Shown here one piece after another: positions 19,956 to 28,954 of a stretch of 64,000 bases of DNA. A program made the translations under genes and the position numbers. The DNA is from Candidatus Falkowbacteria bacterium (GTDB taxonomy: Bacteria; Patescibacteriota; Patescibacteriia; UBA11705; JABHMO01), in contig JABHAL010000013.1 in the NCBI GenBank assembly GCA_018674305.1, positions 8,553 to 72,552 on the forward strand. Reading direction: 5' to 3'. The notes under the pieces were generated by a model. It was not told where the DNA came from. It worked only from the letters and a program-made list of their open reading frames with translations, and made no database searches. Each line of letters opens with the position of its first letter. Position 1 is the first letter of the stretch.

Positions 19956-20141
19956 ATGTCAACCAAGGCACAATTCGTAAAATCACAAAATAAACCCAAA
20001 TTTTCAAGTAGAATTGTTAGGCGTTGTTGGCGTTGTGGCCGCGCTCACGGTTATATGAGAAAGTTTGCACTGTGCAGAATATGTTTCAGGGAACTAGCCG
20101 AGAAAGGCGAAATACCAGGAGTTACTAGAAGTAGCTGGTAA
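19956..20141 (+). CDS. rpsN: 30S ribosomal protein S14 type Z (zinc-binding)
   Basis: 61 aa with CxxC...CxxC ([25 protein letters not shown]). Confidence 0.92.
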   Translation: MSTKAQFVKSQNKPKFSSRIVRRCWRCGRAHGYMRKFALCRICFRELAEKGEIPGVTRSSW

Positions 20142-20204
20142 TCACAAGTATCAAAGAGTGAGATACAAATATTAATAAGCTATAAATCAACTTATATTTG
20201 AAAT

Positions 20205-20597
20205 ATGACAATGACAGATCCAATTGCAGACATGCTAACACGCATTCGAAATGCCTCTATGGTTAAGAAGGCGGAAGTTTTGATTCCTTATTCAAAATTT
20301 AAATACGCTGTTGCAAAAATTCTAGAAAAGGAGAAATATGTTGAAGCTGTTGAAAAAACTGACTTAGAATTTAAATATATTAAAATTAAATTAAAATACG
20401 AAGATAATAAACCAGCCATTGGTAAGATTCGACGTGTTAGTCGAGTTGGTCAACGCATTTATGTGAAAAAGGTAGACCTACCAAGAGTTTTGAATAATTA
20501 TGGATTAGCTATTGTTTCAACTTCTAAAGGTATAATGACCAATCGGGAAGCTAAACATTTAGGACTAGGAGGTGAAGTAATTTGTGAGGTTTATTAA
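20205..20597 (+). CDS. rpsH: 30S ribosomal protein S8
   Basis: MTMTDPIADMLTRIRNA...........S.....VA.IL..E.Y.......;  C-terminal STSKGIMT...A...LGGEVICEVY. Confidence 0.95.
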   Translation: MTMTDPIADMLTRIRNASMVKKAEVLIPYSKFKYAVAKILEKEKYVEAVEKTDLEFKYIKIKLKYEDNKPAIGKIRRVSRVGQRIYVKKVDLPRVLNNYGLAIVSTSKGIMTNREAKHLGLGGEVICEVY

Positions 20598-20606
20598 TAT
20601 TAATAT

Positions 20607-21155
20607 ATGTCTAGAATAGGAAAAAAACCAATTGAAATCCCATCAGGGGTCAACGTCACGTTAGACCAAGGTTTAATATTGGTAAAAGGGCCAAAAGGTG
20701 AATTGCAAAGATCAATTCATCCACTTGTCAAAGTGGAAATCAAGGATACTGAGATAAATGTCAAAGTTGATAATGAAGAAAACCATATACAAAAAGCACT
20801 TTGGGGATTATTTCGAAGTTTAATTTACAATATGGTAGTAGGTGTAACTGAAGGATTTGAAAAAAAGTTAGAAATTAATGGAGTAGGTTATAAAGCAAAT
20901 GCTACAGGTCAAAATTTGGTACTTAATGTTGGGTATTCGCATGCTGTAGAATTTAATATACCAGAAGGCATTAATTGTCAGGTTGAAGCTAATGTGATTA
21001 CCATTTCTGGAATTGATAAGCAACAAGTTGGAGAAGTGGCAGCAAATATTCGAAAAGTTCGTAAGCCAGAGCCATACAAAGGTAAAGGAATTAAATATAT
21101 TGACGAAATTATTAGAAGAAAAGCAGGAAAGGCAGCAGCTAAAGCCGCAGCTTAA
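20607..21155 (+). CDS. rplF: 50S ribosomal protein L6
   Basis: MSRIGKKPI.IP.GV.V.......VKGPKGEL two-domain L6. Confidence 0.95.
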   Translation: MSRIGKKPIEIPSGVNVTLDQGLILVKGPKGELQRSIHPLVKVEIKDTEINVKVDNEENHIQKALWGLFRSLIYNMVVGVTEGFEKKLEINGVGYKANATGQNLVLNVGYSHAVEFNIPEGINCQVEANVITISGIDKQQVGEVAANIRKVRKPEPYKGKGIKYIDEIIRRKAGKAAAKAAA

Positions 21156-21168
21156 TTGAAATTATAAT

Positions 21169-21528
21169 ATGAAAAATCGAGAAGTAATAAAATTTAATAA
21201 GTTTAAACTACGACAAAAGAGAACACGGGCCAAGATTGTTGGAAAGTTGGAATTACCACGTTTAACAGTAAAGCGTAGTTTAAAGCATTTTTATATGCAA
21301 ATAATTGACGACAAGAATGGTCAGACTATTTGTGCTGTTTGTGATAAGGATATCAAAGTTGAAGGAAAGAAACCTGTTGAAGTAGCGAAATTAATTGGTC
21401 AGGAATTAGCAAAAAAAGCAAAAGAGAAAAAAATAGAGAAAGTTCGTTTTGATCGTGGTGCATATAAATATCATGGTCGAGTTAAAGCTGCCGCTGAGGG
21501 AGCTCGCGAACAAGGTTTAGAAATTTAA
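21169..21528 (+). CDS. rplR: 50S ribosomal protein L18
   Basis: 119 aa, position and RLTVKRSLKH.Y.QIIDD..G.T... Confidence 0.9.
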   Translation: MKNREVIKFNKFKLRQKRTRAKIVGKLELPRLTVKRSLKHFYMQIIDDKNGQTICAVCDKDIKVEGKKPVEVAKLIGQELAKKAKEKKIEKVRFDRGAYKYHGRVKAAAEGAREQGLEI

Positions 21529-21540
21529 TTATTATATATT

Positions 21541-22089
21541 ATGGCTAAGAAAGAATACAAAAAAAGAGCACCAAGAGAAGCTAGAGAGTTTGATCAAAAA
21601 ATTATTGATTTAGCTAGAGTGACTCGAGTGATGGCTGGCGGAAAGCGCTTAAGGTTTCGCGCCTGTATTGCGATTGGTGATAAAAAAGGTAAATTAGCAA
21701 TAGGCTTAGCCAAGGGAGCTGATGTTGCTCTTGCTGTTAACAAGGCAGTAAACAGAGCACAAAAGCAAATGATCAAGGTACCACTAGTTAATGAAACTAT
21801 TCCACATGAAATTAGAGTAAAATATAAGGCCGCTCAACTGTTGCTAAAACCTGCACCTAAAGGTACTGGGATCAAGGCTGGTGGTGCGATACGCGTGGCT
21901 TTAGAGTTAGCCGGTGTTCCAAATATTGTAGCCAAAATTTTGGGTACTAATAATAAAGTAACTAATGTTAAGGCATTAATGATAGCTTTAGCTTCATTCA
22001 AGACTAAGCCACTCTCTAATGTGAAAAAAGCCAGTTCAAAACAGACGACTACTGATAAAGCTGAAGTTACTGCTGATACAAAAAAATAA
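21541..22089 (+). CDS. rpsE: 30S ribosomal protein S5
   Basis: RVTRVMAGGKRLRFRA...GDKKGKLAIGLAKGADVALAV.KA (dsRBD plus S5 C-terminal domain). Short C-terminal tail. Confidence 0.93.
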   Translation: MAKKEYKKRAPREAREFDQKIIDLARVTRVMAGGKRLRFRACIAIGDKKGKLAIGLAKGADVALAVNKAVNRAQKQMIKVPLVNETIPHEIRVKYKAAQLLLKPAPKGTGIKAGGAIRVALELAGVPNIVAKILGTNNKVTNVKALMIALASFKTKPLSNVKKASSKQTTTDKAEVTADTKK

Positions 22090-22115
22090 TTAAACAGATT
22101 ATAATAGAATAAAAT

Positions 22116-22679
22116 ATGAGTTTGAGTTTACATAATTTAACCAACAAGAAAAAGCCTAAAAAAAGATTAGGGCGTGGTAATGCTTCAGGGCATGGAACTT
22201 ATTGTTGCCGTGGATTAAAAGGGCAAAGGTCTCGTTCTGGTGGTAAAGGTGGTTTGAAACTTAAAGGTTTTAAGCAAAATTTACTAAATGCACCTAAGTT
22301 TAAAGGGATGAAAAGGCGGACTGCAAGTGCGCAGGTTGTTTTGTTATCAGCTTTAGACAAAAACTTCGCAGATAATGAAAAGGTTGGTCCAGGCGCTCTT
22401 TTACAAAAAGGGTTAATTGGTAGTATATCTCAACCAGTAAAAATTTTAGTTAACAGTTCAAAAGATAAAATAAGTAAGAAGTTGGAAGTTTTTGGGTGTG
22501 CTGTATCAAAATCTGCTGAAAGTGCTATACTGAAAGCTGGAGGTAAGATTGTTGAAGCGGTTCCAGTCTCAGTAAAAAAAGAAAACTCTAGTAAACCTAC
22601 TTCATCTGTTGATAGTGCCTCTTCTACTAAAGGCAAGAAGGATAAAACGGAAGTCAAGAAAGCTACACCAAAAAAATAA
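22116..22679 (+). CDS. rplO: 50S ribosomal protein L15 with S/K-rich C-terminal tail
   Basis: KKRLGRG.ASGHGTY..RG.KGQ.SRSG. motif. It follows rpsE directly, with no L30 gene between them. Confidence 0.85.
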   Translation: MSLSLHNLTNKKKPKKRLGRGNASGHGTYCCRGLKGQRSRSGGKGGLKLKGFKQNLLNAPKFKGMKRRTASAQVVLLSALDKNFADNEKVGPGALLQKGLIGSISQPVKILVNSSKDKISKKLEVFGCAVSKSAESAILKAGGKIVEAVPVSVKKENSSKPTSSVDSASSTKGKKDKTEVKKATPKK

Positions 22680-22792
22680 AAAATAATTTAGTCGAGCAGC
22701 CTCTAATTTTTAGTTAGTTGTTTCACTCCTCTTGCCGTCAGCATCGCTTAAGCGAAGCACTCCGGGCAGGCTCCTCTAACCCTTCAAATTTT

Positions 22793-24064
22793 ATGTGGGA
22801 AAGATTAATTCAAATTTGGCGATTAAGAGATTTACGTAATAAGATATTATTTGTTTTAAGTATGCTAGTTGTTTTTAGATTAGCTGCTCATATTCCTATT
22901 CCAGGAGTTAATGTGGAAAATTTGCGTGAATTTTTTGGTTCTAATCAAATATTAGGTTTATTGAATTTATTTTCTGGTGGTGGTATGCAAAACTTCTCTA
23001 TTGTTATGATGGGAGTAGCGCCATATATCACAGCTTCAATTATTTTCCAGCTTTTAGGTATGATTATTCCAAAGTTGGAAGAAATGTCAAAGGAAGAAGC
23101 TGGTCGTCAGAAAGTAAACATGTATACAAGAATTTCTACAGTTCCCCTAGCTATTTTACAAGGGTATGGCATGATTGCAATATTACGACAATCGCCCAAA
23201 CCAATTATCGAAGATCTAAGTTTTTTTTACTTGGCGGCTGTACTGATAACAATATCAGCTGGAACAGTATTTCTCATGTGGTTGGGTGAGTTGATTACAG
23301 AAAAGAAGATTGGTAATGGTATTTCATTATTAATTTTTGCGGGTATTGTGGTTCGTATACCAACTGCCTTACAGCAAGTAATTGTTAATTTTAGTCAGGA
23401 GCAGGTTATTAACTTATTGGTCTTTACTTTTATCGCTATTGTAACTATTGTTGGTGTAGTAATAATTTCCGAAGGTCAGAGAAATATCCCTGTTTCATAT
23501 GCCAAGCGAGTGCGAGGGATGAAGATGTATGGTGGTATGAATACTCATTTGCCAATCAGAGTTAATACAGCTGGAGTTATTCCAATCATTTTTGCTATTT
23601 CGATTATATTATTTCCACCTATGGTTTCTCAGTTCTTACTACGTGCACAATCGGCTTGGATTCAGAACTTTGGCCAGGGTGTAATAAATTTATTTAATAA
23701 TCAATTATTTTACGGTGTCCTATATTTTTTATTAGTTTTTGGATTTACTTATTTTTATACAGCTGTTATTTTTCATCCATATCAGATCGCAGAAAATTTA
23801 CAAAAAAATGGTGGTTTTGTCCCAGGGATTCGACCAGGGAATCATACAGCTGAATATCTACAAAAAACGATCAGTCGTATTACTTTGACAGGTGCATTAT
23901 TCCTAGGCTTAATTGCAGTTTTGCCGTTAGTAATGCAGCAAGTATCAGGTTTGCAATCTATGGTAATTGGAGGTACCAGTATTCTGATTGTGGTAAGTGT
24001 AGCGATTGAAATTGTTAAACAGGTTGAATCACAGCTGACTATGCGTGATTACGAAGGTTTTTAG
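22793..24064 (+). CDS. secY: preprotein translocase subunit SecY
   Basis: The start is set at MWERLIQIWRLRDLRNKILFVLSML, the typical SecY N-terminus. 10 TM segments. The ORF-track start at 22718 reads through a GC-rich structured element. Confidence 0.93.
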   Translation: MWERLIQIWRLRDLRNKILFVLSMLVVFRLAAHIPIPGVNVENLREFFGSNQILGLLNLFSGGGMQNFSIVMMGVAPYITASIIFQLLGMIIPKLEEMSKEEAGRQKVNMYTRISTVPLAILQGYGMIAILRQSPKPIIEDLSFFYLAAVLITISAGTVFLMWLGELITEKKIGNGISLLIFAGIVVRIPTALQQVIVNFSQEQVINLLVFTFIAIVTIVGVVIISEGQRNIPVSYAKRVRGMKMYGGMNTHLPIRVNTAGVIPIIFAISIILFPPMVSQFLLRAQSAWIQNFGQGVINLFNNQLFYGVLYFLLVFGFTYFYTAVIFHPYQIAENLQKNGGFVPGIRPGNHTAEYLQKTISRITLTGALFLGLIAVLPLVMQQVSGLQSMVIGGTSILIVVSVAIEIVKQVESQLTMRDYEGF

Positions 24065-24091
24065 TAAAAAAGTTTATCGAATAATATATTA

Positions 24092-24122
24092 AAATTGCTG
24101 GAGTAAGTCCAGCAATTTTGTT
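24092..24122 (+). terminator. rho-independent terminator after secY
   Basis: attgctgga-gtaag-tccagcaat is a perfect 9-bp stem followed by TTTGTT. Confidence 0.6.
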
Positions 24123-24159
24123 ATAATAAAGTTGTCTTAAATTTACTATTTAACTACAT

Positions 24160-24825
24160 ATGTCGAAAAAACAAGTAATTGTAATCTTTATTGGTCCTCC
24201 AGGGTCAGGAAAGGGAACTCAGGCAAAACTTTTGGCTGATAAGTTTAATTATACTGATTTATCTTCTGGTAAATTATTCCGGGAAGAAGTGCAGAAAAAA
24301 ACTAAAATTGGAAAACAAATAAAACCGTTTATGGACAAGGGTTTTTTGGTTTCTGATGAAATAACCACTGAAATGATGATAAAAAAAATTTCTAGATTAA
24401 GGAAGCCAATTATTTTGGATGGTTTTCCTCGTAATTTAAACCAATCCAAAATTCTCGATGAATATTTGCAAAAGCATAAAAATAAGTATAAGATTGTGAT
24501 AGTTGAGGTCAAATTAACAGAAAAGCAGGTTTCTCAAAGGATATTAGGTCGTCTGGAGTGTGCCTGTGGTCGTATTTTTCACGAACAGCTCAACTTGCCA
24601 AGTAATAAAGGCATTTGTGACATTTGTGGGTCCAAATTACAAACTCGTTCAGATGCAAAAGTTAGTGTGGTCAAAACTAGAATGCAAATTTACAAATATG
24701 AAACGGCACCTATTCTAAAATTTTATAAAAAAGAAAAATATTATCGTTTTTATCAAGTAGAAGGTGATAAAAAGGTCAACGAAGTTTTTAAACAATTAGA
24801 AAAAATTATTAAACGATCAAAATGA
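24160..24825 (+). CDS. adk: adenylate kinase (zinc-lid type)
   Basis: P-loop GPPGSGKGTQA. C4 lid CACGRIF...CDICGSKL. Confidence 0.93.
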   Translation: MSKKQVIVIFIGPPGSGKGTQAKLLADKFNYTDLSSGKLFREEVQKKTKIGKQIKPFMDKGFLVSDEITTEMMIKKISRLRKPIILDGFPRNLNQSKILDEYLQKHKNKYKIVIVEVKLTEKQVSQRILGRLECACGRIFHEQLNLPSNKGICDICGSKLQTRSDAKVSVVKTRMQIYKYETAPILKFYKKEKYYRFYQVEGDKKVNEVFKQLEKIIKRSK

Positions 24826-25580
24826 GTTTACTAAAAAGTCCAACTGAAATTCAAACATTAAAGCAAGGAGGCGAAATTCTGGCTAATATTTTACAACAAG
24901 TTATTGAAAAATGTACGCCTGGAATCACAACTGGCGAATTGAATCAATTTGCTGAAGAAATGATTTATACAGCTGGAGGAGAGCCTTCATTTAAAGGTTA
25001 TGGTGATCCGCCATATCCTAGTGGTTTGTGTACTTCAATTAACAATGAGTTAGTGCACGGAATTCCAGGCGAGGTTATTTTAAAAGATGGTGATATTTTA
25101 AGTTTGGATATTGGAATGAGATATCCGAAGTCTTCTGGTTTATATACTGACATGGCCGTAACTGTACCTATTGGGAAAATTGATGCTCAGACAGAGAAAT
25201 TGATTAGAGTAACCAAAAGAGCTTTGGAAATTTGGACTAGTAATTTAAAGGCTGGAGACAACCTGTATGCTGTTGCTAAATTAGTTCAGGAGTATATAGA
25301 AAGAGAAGGCTTTTCAGTTGTTCGTGAGATGGTTGGTCATGGTGTTGGTCACGCAGTTCATGAAGATCCACCAATCCCAAACTATTATATTAGAAATACA
25401 GAATTTATATTAAAAGAAGGTATGGTTCTGGCCCTTGAACCTATGGTTAGTTCTGGTGATTTTCGTATTAAGGTGTTAGATGATCAGTGGACAATATCTT
25501 CAATTGATAATAGTTTAACCGCCCACTTTGAACATACAGTGGTTATTACGAAGAGAGGATGTGATATTATTACTAAATAA
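24822..25580 (+). CDS. map: methionine aminopeptidase type I
   Basis: Pita-bread fold metal ligands (D..D...H..E..E pattern: GDILSLDIG, VGHGVGHAVHE, LEPM). 4-nt overlap with adk. Confidence 0.93.
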   Translation: MSLLKSPTEIQTLKQGGEILANILQQVIEKCTPGITTGELNQFAEEMIYTAGGEPSFKGYGDPPYPSGLCTSINNELVHGIPGEVILKDGDILSLDIGMRYPKSSGLYTDMAVTVPIGKIDAQTEKLIRVTKRALEIWTSNLKAGDNLYAVAKLVQEYIEREGFSVVREMVGHGVGHAVHEDPPIPNYYIRNTEFILKEGMVLALEPMVSSGDFRIKVLDDQWTISSIDNSLTAHFEHTVVITKRGCDIITK

Positions 25581-25642
25581 GTTTTGTTTCTAAGGAAGAA
25601 TAGTGTTCTGGCCAATACTCTCGATGGGAATTAAAAAATTAC

Positions 25643-26899
25643 ATGATTAATCCAGAAGTTCAACAACTAAGTGAAAAAGCCCTAAAAGTTAATTTTAACG
25701 AAATTCAACAGGCTCATTTTGATAGATTAATGTCAGAATTAGAAGCAATCTCAGATGGGTTAGGTTTTGCTGAGCTTAAAGCAAAGGCTGAGGCAGGAAG
25801 TAAGGAAGCACTTCAAGTGATGCGCGATTATATCACCAAGAAAGAGCAGATTGTTAAATTTATTGAAACTAAAGAAATATCAAGGGTAAACTGGGAGTTG
25901 GAGTCAGAACCTGTTCTTGAACTACCAGTGGAGAGCATAGAAGCGTGTGATATTTCACCAGACGGCAGTAGATTGATATATATAACAGAAAGTCCAACCT
26001 CTCAAGGTGTTTATGTTAAATATTTGCAGAACAACAAACCGCCAAAGGAGATTTTTGCTAGGACTGCAAATATAGCAAAGATGAAGGATGTAAAATTTGT
26101 TCCAGATGGAGAAAAGGCTTTTATTGTAACTAATAAGCCGGAACTTTACACAGCTTGGTTGCCAACTGACGTTAAAGAAGGTGATTGGGTTCAAGAAAGA
26201 GTTCGTTTAGCACATGCTAAAATGCACGATTGCGCTGTCTCTCCGAATGGGCAAGATATATTGTTTGTTGGTGATGGTTATGTTGAAATAGCTAATTTGG
26301 AAAATATTCATGATCCTAACAGAACGAGATTGGTTTTAAATCTAAAACATGAAGATCCTGATCGCGCAGAAGGTTATATTCAGGCAGGGGTTTGTTTTTC
26401 TCCTGATGGTAAGATTGCTTATGTTCCATTAAACGAGAAAATTTGTAGAATTGATCTTAATAAAAATGATAACCCAATTGGTTTACCAACTTGGGAGAGT
26501 GATGATGTGGGTGAGTCGATTACTCAATTTGATCCGATTTATTCTGTGGCGATCACTTCTGATGGGGAATATTTATTTACAGGCACACAGGACGGCCAGA
26601 TTTCTAAGTGGGAGACGGCTACTGGTAAAGAGATGGCTTTAACAGTAATGGAAGAAAATGATGGTGATATAAATTCGCTAACCACAGCTATTCAAAAGAT
26701 GATTGTTTCTCCGGATAATAAACATTTAATTGTGGGGGATGATTTTGGAAGGTTAACTTTTATTGATATAGAGACAGGTGAACATATTAAAGAAATTCAG
26801 CTACCACAAGCCAGTAGTGTTACAGAATTGAAATTAGTTGGTGAGGATACGATTTATGCGCAAACTGAGACTATGATTCATCGAGTGAAGAGCATATAA
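25643..26899 (+). CDS. family-X paralog (distal copy): conserved N-terminal helical module + beta-propeller-like C-terminus
   Basis: The N-terminal ~75 aa MINPEVQQLSEKALKVNFNEIQQAHFDRLMSELEAISDGLGFAELKAKAEAGSKEALQVMRDYITKKEQIV match the eight paralogs at 42950-51925. The C-terminus has repeated SPDG/SPNG/TSDG..GxxDG..I blades (WD40/PD40-like). Confidence 0.6.
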   Translation: MINPEVQQLSEKALKVNFNEIQQAHFDRLMSELEAISDGLGFAELKAKAEAGSKEALQVMRDYITKKEQIVKFIETKEISRVNWELESEPVLELPVESIEACDISPDGSRLIYITESPTSQGVYVKYLQNNKPPKEIFARTANIAKMKDVKFVPDGEKAFIVTNKPELYTAWLPTDVKEGDWVQERVRLAHAKMHDCAVSPNGQDILFVGDGYVEIANLENIHDPNRTRLVLNLKHEDPDRAEGYIQAGVCFSPDGKIAYVPLNEKICRIDLNKNDNPIGLPTWESDDVGESITQFDPIYSVAITSDGEYLFTGTQDGQISKWETATGKEMALTVMEENDGDINSLTTAIQKMIVSPDNKHLIVGDDFGRLTFIDIETGEHIKEIQLPQASSVTELKLVGEDTIYAQTETMIHRVKSI

Positions 26900-26991
26900 C
26901 ACAGATCATAGAACATTATTCATAGAGCAACAATTATAGATAAGAATTATAATTTTTCAGTAATTGTCCCATGCTCTATGATCCATGAATT

Positions 26992-27378
26992 ATGAATATA
27001 TTGGGCCTCGACTGGGGTAAAGCAAAAATTGGTATAGCACTTGGCAGTGATGAAACTAAAATCGCTAGCCCTATTTTGATTTTGGAGAATAATGGGGAGT
27101 GGCTTGATAGATTGAAAAGAATTATAGTCAGTGAAATGATTGGGATAGTTGTGATAGGCAAACCTGTAAGTTTAAAAGGTGATGAGAGTATGTCACATGA
27201 ATTTGAATATTTTGTTAGGCAAGTAAAAAAGTTAGGTAAGAAAATAGTTTTTGAAGATGAACGACTATCAACCAAACTGGCGCAAGGTTTAATGCGTGAT
27301 TTTAAGAAAACAAAAAGAGCTCAAGATGACGATGTGGCAGCTACCGTTATTCTGCAGTCTTATTTAGATAAATTGTGA
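26992..27378 (+). CDS. ruvX: YqgF/RuvX-like Holliday junction resolvase / pre-16S rRNA nuclease
   Basis: MNILGLDWGKAKIGIALGSDETKIASPI, an RNase H-like YqgF N-terminus. 128 aa. Confidence 0.75.
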   Translation: MNILGLDWGKAKIGIALGSDETKIASPILILENNGEWLDRLKRIIVSEMIGIVVIGKPVSLKGDESMSHEFEYFVRQVKKLGKKIVFEDERLSTKLAQGLMRDFKKTKRAQDDDVAATVILQSYLDKL

Positions 27379-27379
27379 T

Positions 27380-28045
27380 ATGGAAAAGTTGCAAAAAACT
27401 AAAGCAATTGTGTTGAGTACAAAAGAATGGCGGGAGGATGACCTGCTTTTTTCGTTTTTAACAGAAGATTTTGGTAGGATCCAGGCAATTGCTACAGGTT
27501 CAAAAAAAATAACCAGTAAACTGGTAGGGCATTTAAGTACGCCAGGAATTGTTGAATTGATATTTGTACAGGGCAAGGCGCAAAAAAAGATTACTCACGC
27601 GTATTTAATAAAAACTTTCAAGTTGAATGAACCTGATGATTTCTATTTTTTAAATTTAGCCTGGGAGATTATCGATAAGGCAGTTTTGGAAGAAACTGCC
27701 TATAGCGAGGTTTGGCAATTACTCAGCTGGTTGTCCATAAATATTACTAATTACCAGATGTTTGAACAAAAAAGATTTATTGTAAATATTTTTTTAATTA
27801 AGTTATTGAATCTTCTAGGTTTTCGAATTAATTTGGAAAAACAAAGGAAGAATTTTAATATCAAAACTGCCCAAATAATTAGCCAACTTCAAAATGGGCA
27901 AGTTAGACCTGATTTTAGTATTTCTAAAAATGATAATCAAGCCTTATTTAAGTTTTTACAACGGTATTTGCAATATAATTTGGAACAACCATTTAACAGT
28001 TTTAAAATTGCGGGCACTATTGACAAATCAATCAAATTAGTCTAA
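27380..28045 (+). CDS. recO: DNA repair protein RecO-like
   Basis: N-terminal OB-fold pattern (KAIVLSTKEWREDDLLFSFLTEDFGRIQAIATGSKK) and a size typical of RecO. No zinc finger. Confidence 0.5.
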   Translation: MEKLQKTKAIVLSTKEWREDDLLFSFLTEDFGRIQAIATGSKKITSKLVGHLSTPGIVELIFVQGKAQKKITHAYLIKTFKLNEPDDFYFLNLAWEIIDKAVLEETAYSEVWQLLSWLSINITNYQMFEQKRFIVNIFLIKLLNLLGFRINLEKQRKNFNIKTAQIISQLQNGQVRPDFSISKNDNQALFKFLQRYLQYNLEQPFNSFKIAGTIDKSIKLV

Positions 28046-28085
28046 AATTATATATTAAATTGTTCATTATAAATTAGGGGGAGGA

Positions 28086-28835
28086 ATGAAGTTGTTGGTA
28101 GTTCTTGGTGTACTATTGTTTATGTGTACCCAATGTATCAAGGAAATGGAGTTTGGTGAGTGGCATGGTGAAATTCCTGGGGATAATCTTCAAGACGTGA
28201 CAGGTGTTGACGCCAAAGATTTAACTGACACAATCGAGCCAGTCGATACTATTGATCCGATTGACACGATTGAACCAGTTGATACAGTTGATCCGATTGA
28301 CACGGTCGATCCAATCGACAATATTGATCCTATCGATACAATTGACCCAATTGACACGTTTTCAGAGATAGTTAAGGAAGTCATAGTTCCAATTGAAACA
28401 CAGTTAGAAGTGATTGAGTGTGCTCCAGGTTACCAGTATGACCCGGAGTCGGGTGAATGTGTTTCATTTTGTCCAGCTGATAAATATTACGAAGAGCAAT
28501 TGGGGCAGTGTTTTTTCTATCCCTGTTGTGACTTGAATTCACAGTGGTCAGTTAGCGTGATGGATACTGAAACATCTTTGTTCACTATTTATCAGTTGAA
28601 CTTGAATCAGCAGGTTGCTTATTTGCAAGGAGAACTAACGTTAGCGTCTCCACCTGAAATTGGTAACTGTGTTGGGCATTTACAGAAAAAAGAATTCACA
28701 CTTACTTGTCAAAATGCTGAATACAGCTTACTTCTAACGTCAGAAACCACTTTAGAAGGGGAGGTTTTTGGGTTTTATAGTTATAGCTTTATTGATGGAA
28801 CTTTTCAAAACGGTCCGTTCAATATGACTAAATAA
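28086..28835 (+). CDS. secreted/lipoprotein-like Cys-rich protein with (DPIDTI)n repeat region
   Basis: Strong SD (aGGGGGAGGaATG) and a signal peptide (MKLLVVLGVLLFMCTQC). A tandem DTIEPV/DPIDTV repeat is followed by a C-terminal ~150-aa domain with about 8 Cys, which is ~85-90% identical to its paralog at 28955..29734. Confidence 0.6.
   Translation: MKLLVVLGVLLFMCTQCIKEMEFGEWHGEIPGDNLQDVTGVDAKDLTDTIEPVDTIDPIDTIEPVDTVDPIDTVDPIDNIDPIDTIDPIDTFSEIVKEVIVPIETQLEVIECAPGYQYDPESGECVSFCPADKYYEEQLGQCFFYPCCDLNSQWSVSVMDTETSLFTIYQLNLNQQVAYLQGELTLASPPEIGNCVGHLQKKEFTLTCQNAEYSLLLTSETTLEGEVFGFYSYSFIDGTFQNGPFNMTK
28227..28358 (+). repeat. 18-nt (hexapeptide DPIDT[IV]) tandem repeat inside CDS
   Basis: About 7 tandem copies of gatccgattgacacgatt variants, in frame. 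Confidence 0.8.
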
Positions 28836-28838
28836 ACA

Positions 28839-28872
28839 AAAAAGAGGATGTCTCAAGTACATGCCTCTTTTT
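28839..28872 (+). terminator. rho-independent terminator
   Basis: aaagaggatgt...acatgcctcttt hairpin followed by TTTTT. Confidence 0.55.
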
Positions 28873-28954
28873 AATTATAAATCAGAACTTGACAATCTTC
28901 TGTATTTATATTAAACTATTATATAATTTGATTGTTCTTTATAGGGAGGAAGAA

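Noticed and set aside
22718-22792. ORF-track N-terminal extension of secY (MFHSSCRQHRLSEALRAGSSNPSNF)
   Set aside because: The canonical SecY N-terminus (MWERLIQIW...) begins at 22793. The upstream segment is a GC-rich palindromic RNA-like element, not coding.
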